Assembly: GCA_046728175.1 (NCBI GenBank)
Contig: JBKPEA010000026.1
Location: 2,203 to 66,202, forward strand
Direction of reading: 5' to 3'
Source: Thermodesulfobacteriota bacterium
Lineage (GTDB): Bacteria > Desulfobacterota > Binatia > Binatales > Binataceae
Length of the DNA stretch: 64,000 nucleotides
In this document: positions 28,686 to 37,889 of the stretch, one piece after another
Layout: every line of letters starts with the position of its first letter
Position numbering within the stretch: the first letter of the stretch is position 1
Made by a program: the position numbers and the translations under genes
Notes under the pieces: model-generated
The model's database searches: none
Told to the model about the DNA's origin: nothing
Seen by the model: the letters and a program-made list of their open reading frames with translations, nothing else

Positions 28686-30869
28686 CTAGTCGGCAATCGG
28701 TTTAAGGTTAGCGAATCTTAGCACAAGTAACTTGAGCCCGGCGCGATCGAAATCGACCCAGGCCTTAGCGGCATCCCCGCGCCCCTCGCGTCGGCGGACG
28801 ATTCCGCGCCCGAAGGTGGAGTGCATGACCCGCGCTCCGACCGCGACCACCTCGTGAGGTTCCTCACCGCCCTCAAGTTGTCCATCGCTATAGTCGACGT
28901 ACGGCTCGCGCGATGCGGCGTCGCGCGGGCTGGTGCGCGGCCGCTCGGGAGCGATTCGGCGAAGCAGGCCGCCATCAATTTCGCTCAGAAATCTCGACGG
29001 CCGCGACTCCTGCCTGACGCCATACAGCTCGCGCGAGAAGGTGTTCGAAAGATAGAGCAGGCGGCGGGCGCGCGTCATGCCGACGTAGCACAGACGCCTT
29101 TCCTCCTCGATTTCGTCGCTGCTGTCTTGCGAGCGGTTGTGCGGGAACAACCCTTCCTCCATCCCGGCGATGAAGACCACGGGGTATTCCAGCCCTTTGG
29201 AGGTATGTAGGGTCATCAACGCGGCGCGGCCACCTTGGCTGGCAACCTGGTCGGCATCGCTGACGAGTGCGACCCGGTCCAGAAAGTCGGCAAGGCGCCC
29301 TGGTTCTCCTTCTGCATCGAAGGCGGCGGCCGCAGCGAGCATTTCGGCAAGGTTCTGTTTGCGCGCCGTTACATCGGGAAGGCTCTCGAGGTAGGCCTCG
29401 AAGCCTGAGTAGCTGACGACGGTACTGATGATCGATTGCACCGGCATGGCCGGAACCTTGGCCGAGAGCTCACGCATCCACCCATACAGCACGCCCGCGG
29501 TTTTGGCGATTCGCAATGCTACCCTGGACTCGGTTTCCAGCCGGCCTAGCGCTTCGAACGAAGCGATGCGCTCGCGCGCGGCGATCTCGCCGACCACTTC
29601 GAGGGTCTTGGCGCCAATCCCGCGCGGTGGTGTCCCGGCCATCCGTTCGAGGCTGAGCGAATCGGCCGGATTTGCGAGCACCCGCAGGTACGCGAGCAGA
29701 TCCTTGACGTCGCGCTGCTCGTAGAATCGCACGCCACCCACCACGTAGTAGGGAACGCGGCGCCGCACGAGCGCTTCTTCGATCACGCGCGACTGCGCAT
29801 TGACGCGATAGAAAACCACGAAATCGGCGGGCTTGAAGGCGCCCGAGGCAACCAGGCGAGCGACTTCGCGCGCGATAAAGTCGGCCTCGTCCCGTTCCGT
29901 CATCCCGGTGTAATAGACTACCGGTTCGCCGGTCTCGTTCTCGGTCCATAGGGTTTTTTCCTTGCGTTCGGTGTTGTTGCAGATCACCCCTCCGGCGGCA
30001 GCGAGAATGACTTTGGTGGAACGGTAATTCTGCTCAAGCTTGAAAATGGTCGCATCGGGAAAATCGGATTCGAACGCCAGGATGTTGCGGATGTCCGCGC
30101 CGCGCCATCTATAGATCGACTGATCCTCGTCGCCGACCACGCAGACATTGGCACTGCGGGCGGACAATGTGCGGACCAGCAGGTATTGAACGTGATTGGT
30201 GTCTTGATATTCGTCGACCAGCAGATGCTCCGCGTGCGATTGCCAGCGGACGAGTACCTCGCGATCCTGGTCGAATAGCATCCAGGCCAGCATCTGGAGA
30301 TCGGCGAAGTCCATGGCGTTTATGGCCCGCATCCGCTCCTGGTAAAGCCGATACAAGTTCGCGATCGCGGTTTCGCGTGCACTTCCCGCGGAGGTCGCCA
30401 TCGCGGCTGGCGAAATAGCTTCGTTCTTGGCCTGCTCGATGCGCGCGCGCACCAGTTCGAGCGGGGGAGCATCGGCGAGCGTCGCCTCTTCGATTACTCC
30501 ACGGAGCATCGTGACGGAGTCGCTTTCATCCAAAATCGAGAAGTTGCGATCGAAGCCCAACGCCGCGCATTCCTGGCGCAGGATTCGAGCGCACATCGAA
30601 TGGAAGGTGCTGACCCACGGCGGTCGCGCGGCGGGGCCGAGCAAGGCGCCAACGCGATCGCGCATTTCAGCGGCAGCCTTATTGGTGAAGGTAACCGCCA
30701 GCACGCGCCTGGGATCCGCGTTGCGTTCTCCAAGAAGGTGCGCGATACGATAGGTGAGAACGCGAGTCTTACCTGAACCGGCGCCGGCCAGGATGAGTAT
30801 CGGACCGTCTGGCGCCAGGACCGCCGCACGCTGCTCGGGGTTCAAGTTGTCGAGTCGGGTAGATGACAT
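28686..30869 (-). CDS. pcrA: ATP-dependent DNA helicase UvrD/PcrA
   Basis: 'LNPEQRAAVLAPDGPILILAGAGSGKTRVLTYRIAHLL' plus full helicase motifs over 727 aa. Confidence 0.9.
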   Translation of the reverse strand: MSSTRLDNLNPEQRAAVLAPDGPILILAGAGSGKTRVLTYRIAHLLGERNADPRRVLAVTFTNKAAAEMRDRVGALLGPAARPPWVSTFHSMCARILRQECAALGFDRNFSILDESDSVTMLRGVIEEATLADAPPLELVRARIEQAKNEAISPAAMATSAGSARETAIANLYRLYQERMRAINAMDFADLQMLAWMLFDQDREVLVRWQSHAEHLLVDEYQDTNHVQYLLVRTLSARSANVCVVGDEDQSIYRWRGADIRNILAFESDFPDATIFKLEQNYRSTKVILAAAGGVICNNTERKEKTLWTENETGEPVVYYTGMTERDEADFIAREVARLVASGAFKPADFVVFYRVNAQSRVIEEALVRRRVPYYVVGGVRFYEQRDVKDLLAYLRVLANPADSLSLERMAGTPPRGIGAKTLEVVGEIAARERIASFEALGRLETESRVALRIAKTAGVLYGWMRELSAKVPAMPVQSIISTVVSYSGFEAYLESLPDVTARKQNLAEMLAAAAAFDAEGEPGRLADFLDRVALVSDADQVASQGGRAALMTLHTSKGLEYPVVFIAGMEEGLFPHNRSQDSSDEIEEERRLCYVGMTRARRLLYLSNTFSRELYGVRQESRPSRFLSEIDGGLLRRIAPERPRTSPRDAASREPYVDYSDGQLEGGEEPHEVVAVGARVMHSTFGRGIVRRREGRGDAAKAWVDFDRAGLKLLVLRFANLKPIAD

Positions 30870-30967
30870 TGCGGAAGTCTCGTACGCAAACGCGAGTTCT
30901 TAACGATAGCGGTCGGGAGTTAGCGGGCCTAGAGCCGCCGGTCACAACTCTCGGCAGATAATCCACA

Positions 30968-31570
30968 ATGGCGACCTATCAGCCGCACGACAGATATTAT
31001 CGCAAGGCGCGCGCACAAGGGCTGGTCTCGCGCGCGGCGTTCAAAATCGAAGAAATCATCACTCGCTCGAAATTGGTGCGGCGCGACGCGCGAATTGCCG
31101 ACCTCGGGTGCGCGCCCGGCGGATGGCTGGTGATACTCGCCCACGCGGTAGGTCCCGCGGGCCGGGTGGTGGGTGTTGACCTTACCCGATGCACAAACCC
31201 GCCACCTCCGGCCGTGACTATCGTCGGCGACATCACAGATCCTGCGACGGTGGAGCGCGCGATCGCCGCGCTCGGTGGTCCGGCCGACCTGGTGACCAGC
31301 GACCTGGCGCCGAAACTGAGCGGAATCACCGCGCGAGATCAGGCACAGTCGCAACGCCTGTTGTCAGCGGCCCGGACTTTTGTACGGCGGGCATTGAAAC
31401 CCGGCGGCGCGATGGTCGCCAAGGTTTTCATGGGCAGTGATTTCAAACAGATGATTGGGGACTTCGACCGCGACTTTGAGCATGTCGAAGTAACCCGCAC
31501 CGCCGCGACCCGCCCGGGCTCTTCGGAGTTGTACGTCGTTGCACGCGGTTTCAAAAGCAAGGAGACCTGA
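30968..31570 (+). CDS. rlmE: 23S rRNA (uridine2552-2'-O)-methyltransferase RlmE/FtsJ
   Basis: 'YRKARAQGLVSRAAFKIEEI…LGCAPGGW'. Confidence 0.9.
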   Translation: MATYQPHDRYYRKARAQGLVSRAAFKIEEIITRSKLVRRDARIADLGCAPGGWLVILAHAVGPAGRVVGVDLTRCTNPPPPAVTIVGDITDPATVERAIAALGGPADLVTSDLAPKLSGITARDQAQSQRLLSAARTFVRRALKPGGAMVAKVFMGSDFKQMIGDFDRDFEHVEVTRTAATRPGSSELYVVARGFKSKET

Positions 31571-31656
31571 CTCGCGGAGAACGGCGCCGCTTTCGCGAAG
31601 GCCGCAGACTAGCGGTTCCGTTTGGCTTACCTCCAGTGCGCGCGTAGATTCAGGAC

Positions 31657-32460
31657 ATGGAGCGCGCGAGTGCACGGCGGCTCTGTTTGCTGATGCTGGC
31701 CGCAGTCTGTACGGCGTGCTCGTGTGCCCGTCATACCGTGTCGCCACCCGACCCGGCCGCCGAGGTGGGACCTGGCGAAATCGAGGTGAAAGTGGTCTCG
31801 GTAGGGGTCGACGATTTCACCCAGGCACATTTCGTAATGCTCAGCAGCGCGGACCATGAGCATCAACTCCCTATTTTAGTCGGTGACCGCGAGGCCGACG
31901 CGATTATGCGCGCGCTGCAGGGGGTACAACTCGAGCGCCCGTTTACCCACGATCTAATGAGGGCGATCATCCAGGCGAATGGCGAGCGGGTCGATTGCGT
32001 GTCGATCTCAGACCTGCGCGATGAGGTCTACTACGCGACTATTTATATGAATGGTGGGAAAACCAAGATCGACAGCCGGCCCAGCGATGCTATCGCACTC
32101 GCGGCGAATCTCGGCGCACCCATCTTCGTCGCTTCCAAGCTGTTCGAGAATGAGCCGGCGCCCGCAATCGGCGCGCGGTCGGCGCCACGCACGGTAACGG
32201 CGATGGGAATCACGGTTGAAGAACTTACCCCGCCACTGGCGCAGTATTTTCACGCTTCCCGGGGCGTGCTGATCGCGGACCTGGATGCGAGCGCGGCGAA
32301 GAACGGGATTGAGCGCGGCGACATCATTATCCAAGTGGGGGTGCACGCCGTCGGCAGCCCGGCGGAGTTCGCAAGAGAGGCGAATACCGAACCGGGAAGG
32401 ACGGTGGTGCTCAGGGTCAGTCACGACGGCGCTGAGCACAACGTCTCGTTCGTCCGCTAG
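31657..32460 (+). CDS. Bifunctional nuclease (DUF151) fused to a PDZ domain, with lipoprotein-type signal
   Basis: BFN core 'LPILVGDREADAIMRAL…DEVYYATIY' followed by a C-terminal PDZ domain. N-terminal 'LLMLAAVCTACSC'. Confidence 0.65.
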   Translation: MERASARRLCLLMLAAVCTACSCARHTVSPPDPAAEVGPGEIEVKVVSVGVDDFTQAHFVMLSSADHEHQLPILVGDREADAIMRALQGVQLERPFTHDLMRAIIQANGERVDCVSISDLRDEVYYATIYMNGGKTKIDSRPSDAIALAANLGAPIFVASKLFENEPAPAIGARSAPRTVTAMGITVEELTPPLAQYFHASRGVLIADLDASAAKNGIERGDIIIQVGVHAVGSPAEFAREANTEPGRTVVLRVSHDGAEHNVSFVR

Positions 32461-33098
32461 TCAGTCCATCAGGTTCGAATTGTCGCACATTTCGTAGTTG
32501 CCTCCGCCGAAATACCGCACGTAGAATTCGGTCAGTCGCTCCAGACTGGTCATCACGTCGTGATAGCGGACACAACCGTGCGCGTAGATGCTGAGGCTGC
32601 TTTCGGCGGCTCCGTTCAGCTGGGCAAACTTGGCGGCAAGCTCGGTGCCAAGCGGAAAAGTGAACGGCTCGCCGGGGGGCCTGCCACCATGAAAGCGTTA
32701 CGGATGAGATTCGTCTCGGGACAACCGGTGAACTGTTTGTCGGCCGACTGATCGTCAACGACAAACTCGACCGTAACCTCCAGAGCTTTGGCCGGAGTCC
32801 TGCCCAGATTTTCCACGGTTAGTGAGAATTTCGGGACCACGGGCTGGCGTGCGTTGGGAGGCGGATAAAAGAACTTGAGCGTAGGGATGTCGAGCCACGC
32901 GCGAACCGTAGCGATGCTGGCGTCGGCGCTCTGCCGGGCCATGCGGGAGGCCATGACGGCCACCCGCAGGGCGGCCAGTGAGATCAGCGAGTAGACCGCG
33001 GTGAACGCCACCAACCAAAAATTGAAATTGTGCCAGAAGTGTCTGCGTGGCACTTGCTCGGTGGGCGATGAACGGGCGGTCGCGGGAGGGGAGGTCAT
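32461..33098 (-). CDS. Hypothetical membrane-anchored protein, interrupted by a -1 frameshift in a G6 homopolymer (plus 32672-32677)
   Basis: A TM-anchored N-terminal frame continues into a second frame ('GEPFTFPLGTELAAKFAQLNGAAESSLSIYAHGCVRYHDVMTSLERLTEFYVRYFGGGNYEMCDNSNLMD*') if one G is added. Stop at 32461-32463. Confidence 0.4.
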
Positions 33099-33294
33099 CG
33101 AGAACTAGCCCTCAAGGCAGGGGTTCGTTCGAAACGCCGTCCCGGTGACCGGCTCGCTTCATGCTCGTGCTTCACTTGTTTCGCGTAGGGCCTGAATGGT
33201 GTTTTAGGTTGCGTCGCAAAACAAGCTCGGCGGCGCGGGCCCCAGAGAAACCCTGAAAGACCAGCTGGTGGGACAAAGGGGGCGGCGCCGACAG

Positions 33295-35004
33295 TCACAC
33301 GCGCCGAATCAGAACCGACCGCAGGAACCGCGGGTCGATTTCCTTGCCCAGTTCGGCGAAGTCTTCCTCGAGAACGTTCAGACAAGAGTTCACGAAATCC
33401 GCGCTGGCCAGGCGAGTAGCGTCATCGAGGTGTTCGTGTACGAGCCGCTGAACCGACGCACGGAACGACTCGCTGAGTCTTTCCGGCTTACCATTGCGTA
33501 CGATGATTGCGCCGCGCAGCGCGGAGAGCCGAGATGATTCGATCGGTTCCGGCACCAGGTGGCCATCGAGCGCGTGGCGGGCCAAGGCCGTCAATAGGAT
33601 CTGGCTGAGGCGAACCTCACGGGCTGCGACCTCTGCGCGGAAAGCAGCGGATGCAATATCGATGTCGAGCAAGGCGCGGAACAGGGTCGGCATCGCGTCA
33701 ACCTGGTCGAGAATTGCATAGCTCAGGTGTAGATCGCGCATGGTGCGGAAATCGCGCATCGCCACTGCGCCGGTTCCATCGAGCGCCGAATAAAAGCGCG
33801 GAAACCGTGCCAGAAACCCGCCAATTGCCTCGCGATAGGGAGAATCCAAATGGAAAACTTGCCGGGCGTTTTGTGGCCTGAGGCCGAGCCGCTCGATGGT
33901 ATGTTCGGTTCGCCGGCGCAGATCGATCGTGAGACTCACACCGAGGCGGAACAGATGCTTGAGGTGCGTGTCGCGAAGGTGCTCGATTGCATTGGGCAGA
34001 TCGCCACCCGCAAGATTTTCCAGGCCGAGATTCAGGTAGTGATGGGTAGTCGCGATCGCTTCGCGCACCGCATCCAGGTCACCGAAATCGACGGCCCGCG
34101 CAACCAGGACCTGGTTTGAGACCATCGCCATCTCGCTGCGGAGCTGTCGCTTCCCTTCCGCCGCAAAGCCTGCCGTCAGGGCCGCGTTGAGCAGTGAATT
34201 GTCGCCGTCGGCGATTGCCGGAGCAGCATCGGGAGGAACGACCTCTTCGTCCCCAACCAGGTCCGCGCGGCTCGGCTTTTCGTAGCGATCGCGAATCGCC
34301 ATGAAGTCGCGCGGATTCAGGTAGGCGAATACATCCTGCGCTTCGAAGTAGTCGGGGAATCCGCGGTCGCTGAGCCGCGCGCGGCGGAACTGGTAGGCCT
34401 GTTCCTCGAGTTCCGCTTCCACTCCCCAATAGACCTCCTCCATCAGGCCGGCAAAGTACTTGTATTCGCGTTCAAATGCTTCTTCCAGAAAATCGCCGAT
34501 CGCGGAGGTGATGTCGTCGTTGCGGATAAACTCGATCAGGTAGTGCTCGTCGAACTGCACGTAGCGATTCGAGGGAGGGTCCTCCGACAGCGAGGGATCA
34601 TCGAGGCGATGCACTTTGATGTAGCCGCGCAGGAGCAGCGCGACGATCTCCATGTCCAGTTCCATCAGCCCGTCGGCCATCCGCTTGCGTCCGGCTTCGG
34701 CGAGAGACTCGATCCATTCACGCATTCGGCCGAAGTTGGGACGGTCCTTGTTCCAGCAGTCCAGATCGAACAAGGACTTCACCTGCTCGGGGAGAGCGAG
34801 GCTCAGCAGATCGCTCGCGTCGGCGGAACCGATTTCCTTGAGCGTGTAGAACAGAGTCTCGGGCGAAAAGGACTGGACCAGTCGCTCGGCTTCGGGAGCC
34901 GAGAGGATCAGGTCGCGCTTCTGCCGGGCCGGAAGGCCGTACAGGAATTCCAGCTTTGCCTGGAAAGGCAGATTGAGAAATTCTGATGGATCCCGGCTTG
35001 GCAT
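33295..35004 (-). CDS. Large conserved hypothetical protein (about 570 aa, acidic; possibly DUF6178-like)
   Basis: Long protein-like ORF with no catalytic motif recognised. The DUF number is uncertain. Start at MPSRDPSEF preferred. Confidence 0.55.
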   Translation of the reverse strand: MPSRDPSEFLNLPFQAKLEFLYGLPARQKRDLILSAPEAERLVQSFSPETLFYTLKEIGSADASDLLSLALPEQVKSLFDLDCWNKDRPNFGRMREWIESLAEAGRKRMADGLMELDMEIVALLLRGYIKVHRLDDPSLSEDPPSNRYVQFDEHYLIEFIRNDDITSAIGDFLEEAFEREYKYFAGLMEEVYWGVEAELEEQAYQFRRARLSDRGFPDYFEAQDVFAYLNPRDFMAIRDRYEKPSRADLVGDEEVVPPDAAPAIADGDNSLLNAALTAGFAAEGKRQLRSEMAMVSNQVLVARAVDFGDLDAVREAIATTHHYLNLGLENLAGGDLPNAIEHLRDTHLKHLFRLGVSLTIDLRRRTEHTIERLGLRPQNARQVFHLDSPYREAIGGFLARFPRFYSALDGTGAVAMRDFRTMRDLHLSYAILDQVDAMPTLFRALLDIDIASAAFRAEVAAREVRLSQILLTALARHALDGHLVPEPIESSRLSALRGAIIVRNGKPERLSESFRASVQRLVHEHLDDATRLASADFVNSCLNVLEEDFAELGKEIDPRFLRSVLIRRV

Positions 35005-35151
35005 AACACGCGGGCCCGGCGACAACTCGCCGTTTCGGATCAATACCTCGCTACCCGCGGATCGCGCAATGCGGGCTCGGACAAATGCGTGCTTTCGAAC
35101 GCTTTTCTGGTCGACTAGGTTCTGCTAGCGGCGGGTCACACAGGCGCAGTT

Positions 35152-35967
35152 ATGGTTAACAGTCAAGCCAGGAGCATAGTCCTTAGCATTGCGGGGAGTG
35201 ACCCCGGTGGAGGCGGGGGGATTCAGGCCGACTTGAAGACCTTTGCCGCGCTCGGCGTCTATGGATATTCGGCCATCACCCAGGTTATCGCGCAGAACAG
35301 CTCGACCGTGCGTGATATCGAGCGGGTCTCGCCTCGAATGATCGCGCGCCAGGTCGAGTTGCTTGTGCGGGAACGACGTCCCAATGAGATCAAGGTCGGA
35401 GCGTTGGGCGGCGCCGCGGCGGTGCGCAGCGTTGTGCGAGTGATCGAGAACCTGCGCCTCGCGGCGCCGGTGGTTGACCCGGTCATCGTGTCGAGTGCCG
35501 GGGTCAGGCTGCTCGATCGCGCCGGTGAGGCGGCGCTGGTCAAGTACCTGATTCCGCTCGCGAAAGTAATCACGCCCAATATCGCGGAAGCGCAAGCACT
35601 GACCGGAATTCGAATTACCGACGATGAGCACATGTGTGCAGCGGCGGAGCGGTTAGTCGTGATGGGCGCGCGGGCGGTGGTCATTAAAGGTGGGCACCGC
35701 GGGGGTAGCGAGTCATCGGACCTGATGTTTGACGGCCACCACCTGCGTTGGCTGCGCACGCGGAGAATCGCCGGAACCGCGGCGCATGGGACTGGATGCG
35801 CATTTTCGGCGGCGATCGCTGCATACCTGGCGCGCGGTGCTGAGTTGGAAGCGGCAGTGGGCGATGCCAAGCGCTACGTGACCGCGGCCCTCAAGCGCTC
35901 CTTTAAGTTTGGACAAGGGCGTTCACTGCTGGAGCATTTTGTTGGTCTCCCCAGGCGCGGGAGTTGA
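35152..35967 (+). CDS. thiD: Hydroxymethylpyrimidine/phosphomethylpyrimidine kinase
   Basis: 'IAGSDPGGGGGIQADLKTF' matches the ThiD signature. Confidence 0.85.
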   Translation: MVNSQARSIVLSIAGSDPGGGGGIQADLKTFAALGVYGYSAITQVIAQNSSTVRDIERVSPRMIARQVELLVRERRPNEIKVGALGGAAAVRSVVRVIENLRLAAPVVDPVIVSSAGVRLLDRAGEAALVKYLIPLAKVITPNIAEAQALTGIRITDDEHMCAAAERLVVMGARAVVIKGGHRGGSESSDLMFDGHHLRWLRTRRIAGTAAHGTGCAFSAAIAAYLARGAELEAAVGDAKRYVTAALKRSFKFGQGRSLLEHFVGLPRRGS

Positions 35968-36095
35968 GTTCCGAGAACGCGCGCACGTCCAGCTCCAAAT
36001 CTCGATCTCTTAAAACACGTTCCCCGCTTCCAGATGACGAGGCTTAGGTTGACGCGAACCACTAGCCAGTGCCGGGGACTATTTAAAGGGTTGCT

Positions 36096-36974
36096 TTAAG
36101 TAGAATCCGTGTTCGCGTGGTGTGGCAGCGTCACCAGGTAGTGTCGGGAGACCAAGGCGCCCACCAGGACGATAACGACGATGGCCGCGTCTACGGCGGG
36201 CGAACCTTTGGAAAGCGCACACAGGACTATCGGCAGTCCGAGGCCGACTACGATGAAAACTGTGTAGTGCAAACCTACGCGCAACGCCGTGGTGTGAGTT
36301 CCGAGGTCGCTCAGGTGGCCTGCCATGTCGACACGCCCCAGGATGCGCCGCACGGCAAGGGCGTTGAGCACCAACAGCCACATCAGGATAAAACGCAAGA
36401 TGCGGGTCGCGCTCAAGTCGCCGGCACTTGACGCGATCGCAAGCATGACTGCAGCTCCCATCGAAATGGCCGACAGCGCGAATGCAGCCCCGAGCCATCG
36501 CATGGTACGCCAACCGGGCTGCGCGGTGGTGCTGAACAGGACGCCTTTGTTAGCGGCGACGATGAGCGCCGGACTGAGACCGGCGATCCCAATGATCTGC
36601 ATCACGGTGTTAGGCAGATTGAGAATCGAGGCCGCGAACGCGAGAAACGCGATGAAAGAAAAAAGGCCGATCGTCCATACGCCGACCGACATTGGAGAGT
36701 TCAGATTGAAAACTCGAAGCATGTGATGAAACCGCGCGGGGTCGCCCAGGTCTATGATCAGGCAGACGAGATCGGCGAGCATCAATGGAAAGACCGCGTA
36801 AAAAGCGGTGCGCGCAAGCGCATGCATCTCCTCGGGTCGAAGCAGCACGAACAACGCGGCCAGTGCGAACGTTCCCGAGGCCAGCGAGAGCAGAAATGTG
36901 TCCGCGGTGATCCATCCGTGCCAGGGCGGCGCTTTGGTGAGTACGCGAGGCGCAACCGTGGTTTCAGAACGCAT
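36096..36974 (-). CDS. NrfD/PsrC-type polytopic membrane subunit of the formate dehydrogenase complex
   Basis: About 8 TM helices. Start overlaps the fdhB stop. Has an NrfD-like 'TTAQPGW' region. Family assignment is moderate. Confidence 0.5.
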   Translation of the reverse strand: MRSETTVAPRVLTKAPPWHGWITADTFLLSLASGTFALAALFVLLRPEEMHALARTAFYAVFPLMLADLVCLIIDLGDPARFHHMLRVFNLNSPMSVGVWTIGLFSFIAFLAFAASILNLPNTVMQIIGIAGLSPALIVAANKGVLFSTTAQPGWRTMRWLGAAFALSAISMGAAVMLAIASSAGDLSATRILRFILMWLLVLNALAVRRILGRVDMAGHLSDLGTHTTALRVGLHYTVFIVVGLGLPIVLCALSKGSPAVDAAIVVIVLVGALVSRHYLVTLPHHANTDST

Positions 36975-37839
36975 GATTCAGCAGCGTTACAGCGATGATT
37001 GCGGTCGCGAGCAGGGTTGCGAAGGCCGCGCGAAGGTAGTCGCCGCGCAGGTGGAGTTGCGGCCGCTCGGGCTCGCTCGGCAGTCCGTAGCTCTCGGGAC
37101 GATCGAGCAGAAGAAAAAAAGCATTCAACTCGGAATACGAAGGCGAGGGTGATTCTCCGTACAGGTACGCCGCGGAAACACCGCGCGTCGCCAGTTCCTC
37201 GACGCGCGTGTGCGCGCGCCTTCGCAATTCGTCGATCGGTCCGAACTGAATCGATCCGGTCGGGCACGCCTTGGCGCACGCCGGCGTCAGGTCATCGCGC
37301 TGGCGGTCATAGCACAGGGTGCACTTGTGCGCGTGGCCATCGATCGGACTGCGCGCGATCACCCCGAACGGACAGGCCGCCACGCAGTAGCCGCATCCGT
37401 TGCAGATATCGTTTTGCACATAGACGTTGGAAAACTCGTTGATGATGAGCGCGCCGGTCGGGCAGGCGATCGCACAGGGCGCCGCACTGCAGTGTTTGCA
37501 GACGTCGCTCATCATGAGCCATCGTCCCGCGGGACCCTTGTTCAGGGGCGTCTCGAGGTTGGCCGCCGCCGGGGCAGGTGGGTGCTCCGCGGGTGCGGGA
37601 AACTGTTCTACGAAGGTCACGTGACGCCACGTGGTGGCGGACAACATGCGGGTATTGTCGTAGCTGTCACCCGTGAAATGGAACCCGTCGGAGGGAAGCT
37701 GATTCCATTGTTTGCAGGCGACCTCGCACGCCTTGCAGCCTATGCAAAGGGTGGTGTCGGTAAAAAATCCGGTCGGGGCGCGCGGAGCAGGCGGGGCGGG
37801 GCGCCTAAATGGGTAGAGCAGGTCTTGCAGAAGGCCCAT
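36964..37839 (-). CDS. Formate dehydrogenase iron-sulfur (beta) subunit, FdnH-like, with C-terminal TM anchor
   Basis: Four Cys clusters (CIGCKAC…, CKHC…C, CNGCGYCVAACP, CTLCYDR…C) and a C-terminal hydrophobic helix, as in FdnH. Confidence 0.85.
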   Translation of the reverse strand: MGLLQDLLYPFRRPAPPAPRAPTGFFTDTTLCIGCKACEVACKQWNQLPSDGFHFTGDSYDNTRMLSATTWRHVTFVEQFPAPAEHPPAPAAANLETPLNKGPAGRWLMMSDVCKHCSAAPCAIACPTGALIINEFSNVYVQNDICNGCGYCVAACPFGVIARSPIDGHAHKCTLCYDRQRDDLTPACAKACPTGSIQFGPIDELRRRAHTRVEELATRGVSAAYLYGESPSPSYSELNAFFLLLDRPESYGLPSEPERPQLHLRGDYLRAAFATLLATAIIAVTLLNHAF

Positions 37840-37889
37840 CGATGGCCATTCTAGCGAGTCCGCGCCGCTACTTGTAATTCACCCCAGCG

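Noticed and set aside
33045-33062. 'tggcacttgct', a sigma-54 -24/-12-like sequence
   Set aside because: The GG and GC elements are adjacent rather than the required ten bases apart, and it lies inside a coding region.
35044-35151. Possible TPP riboswitch upstream of thiD
   Set aside because: No 'CUGAGA'/'ACCUGAUCUGGAUAAUGCCAGCG'-like core could be found by eye. Would need an Rfam scan.
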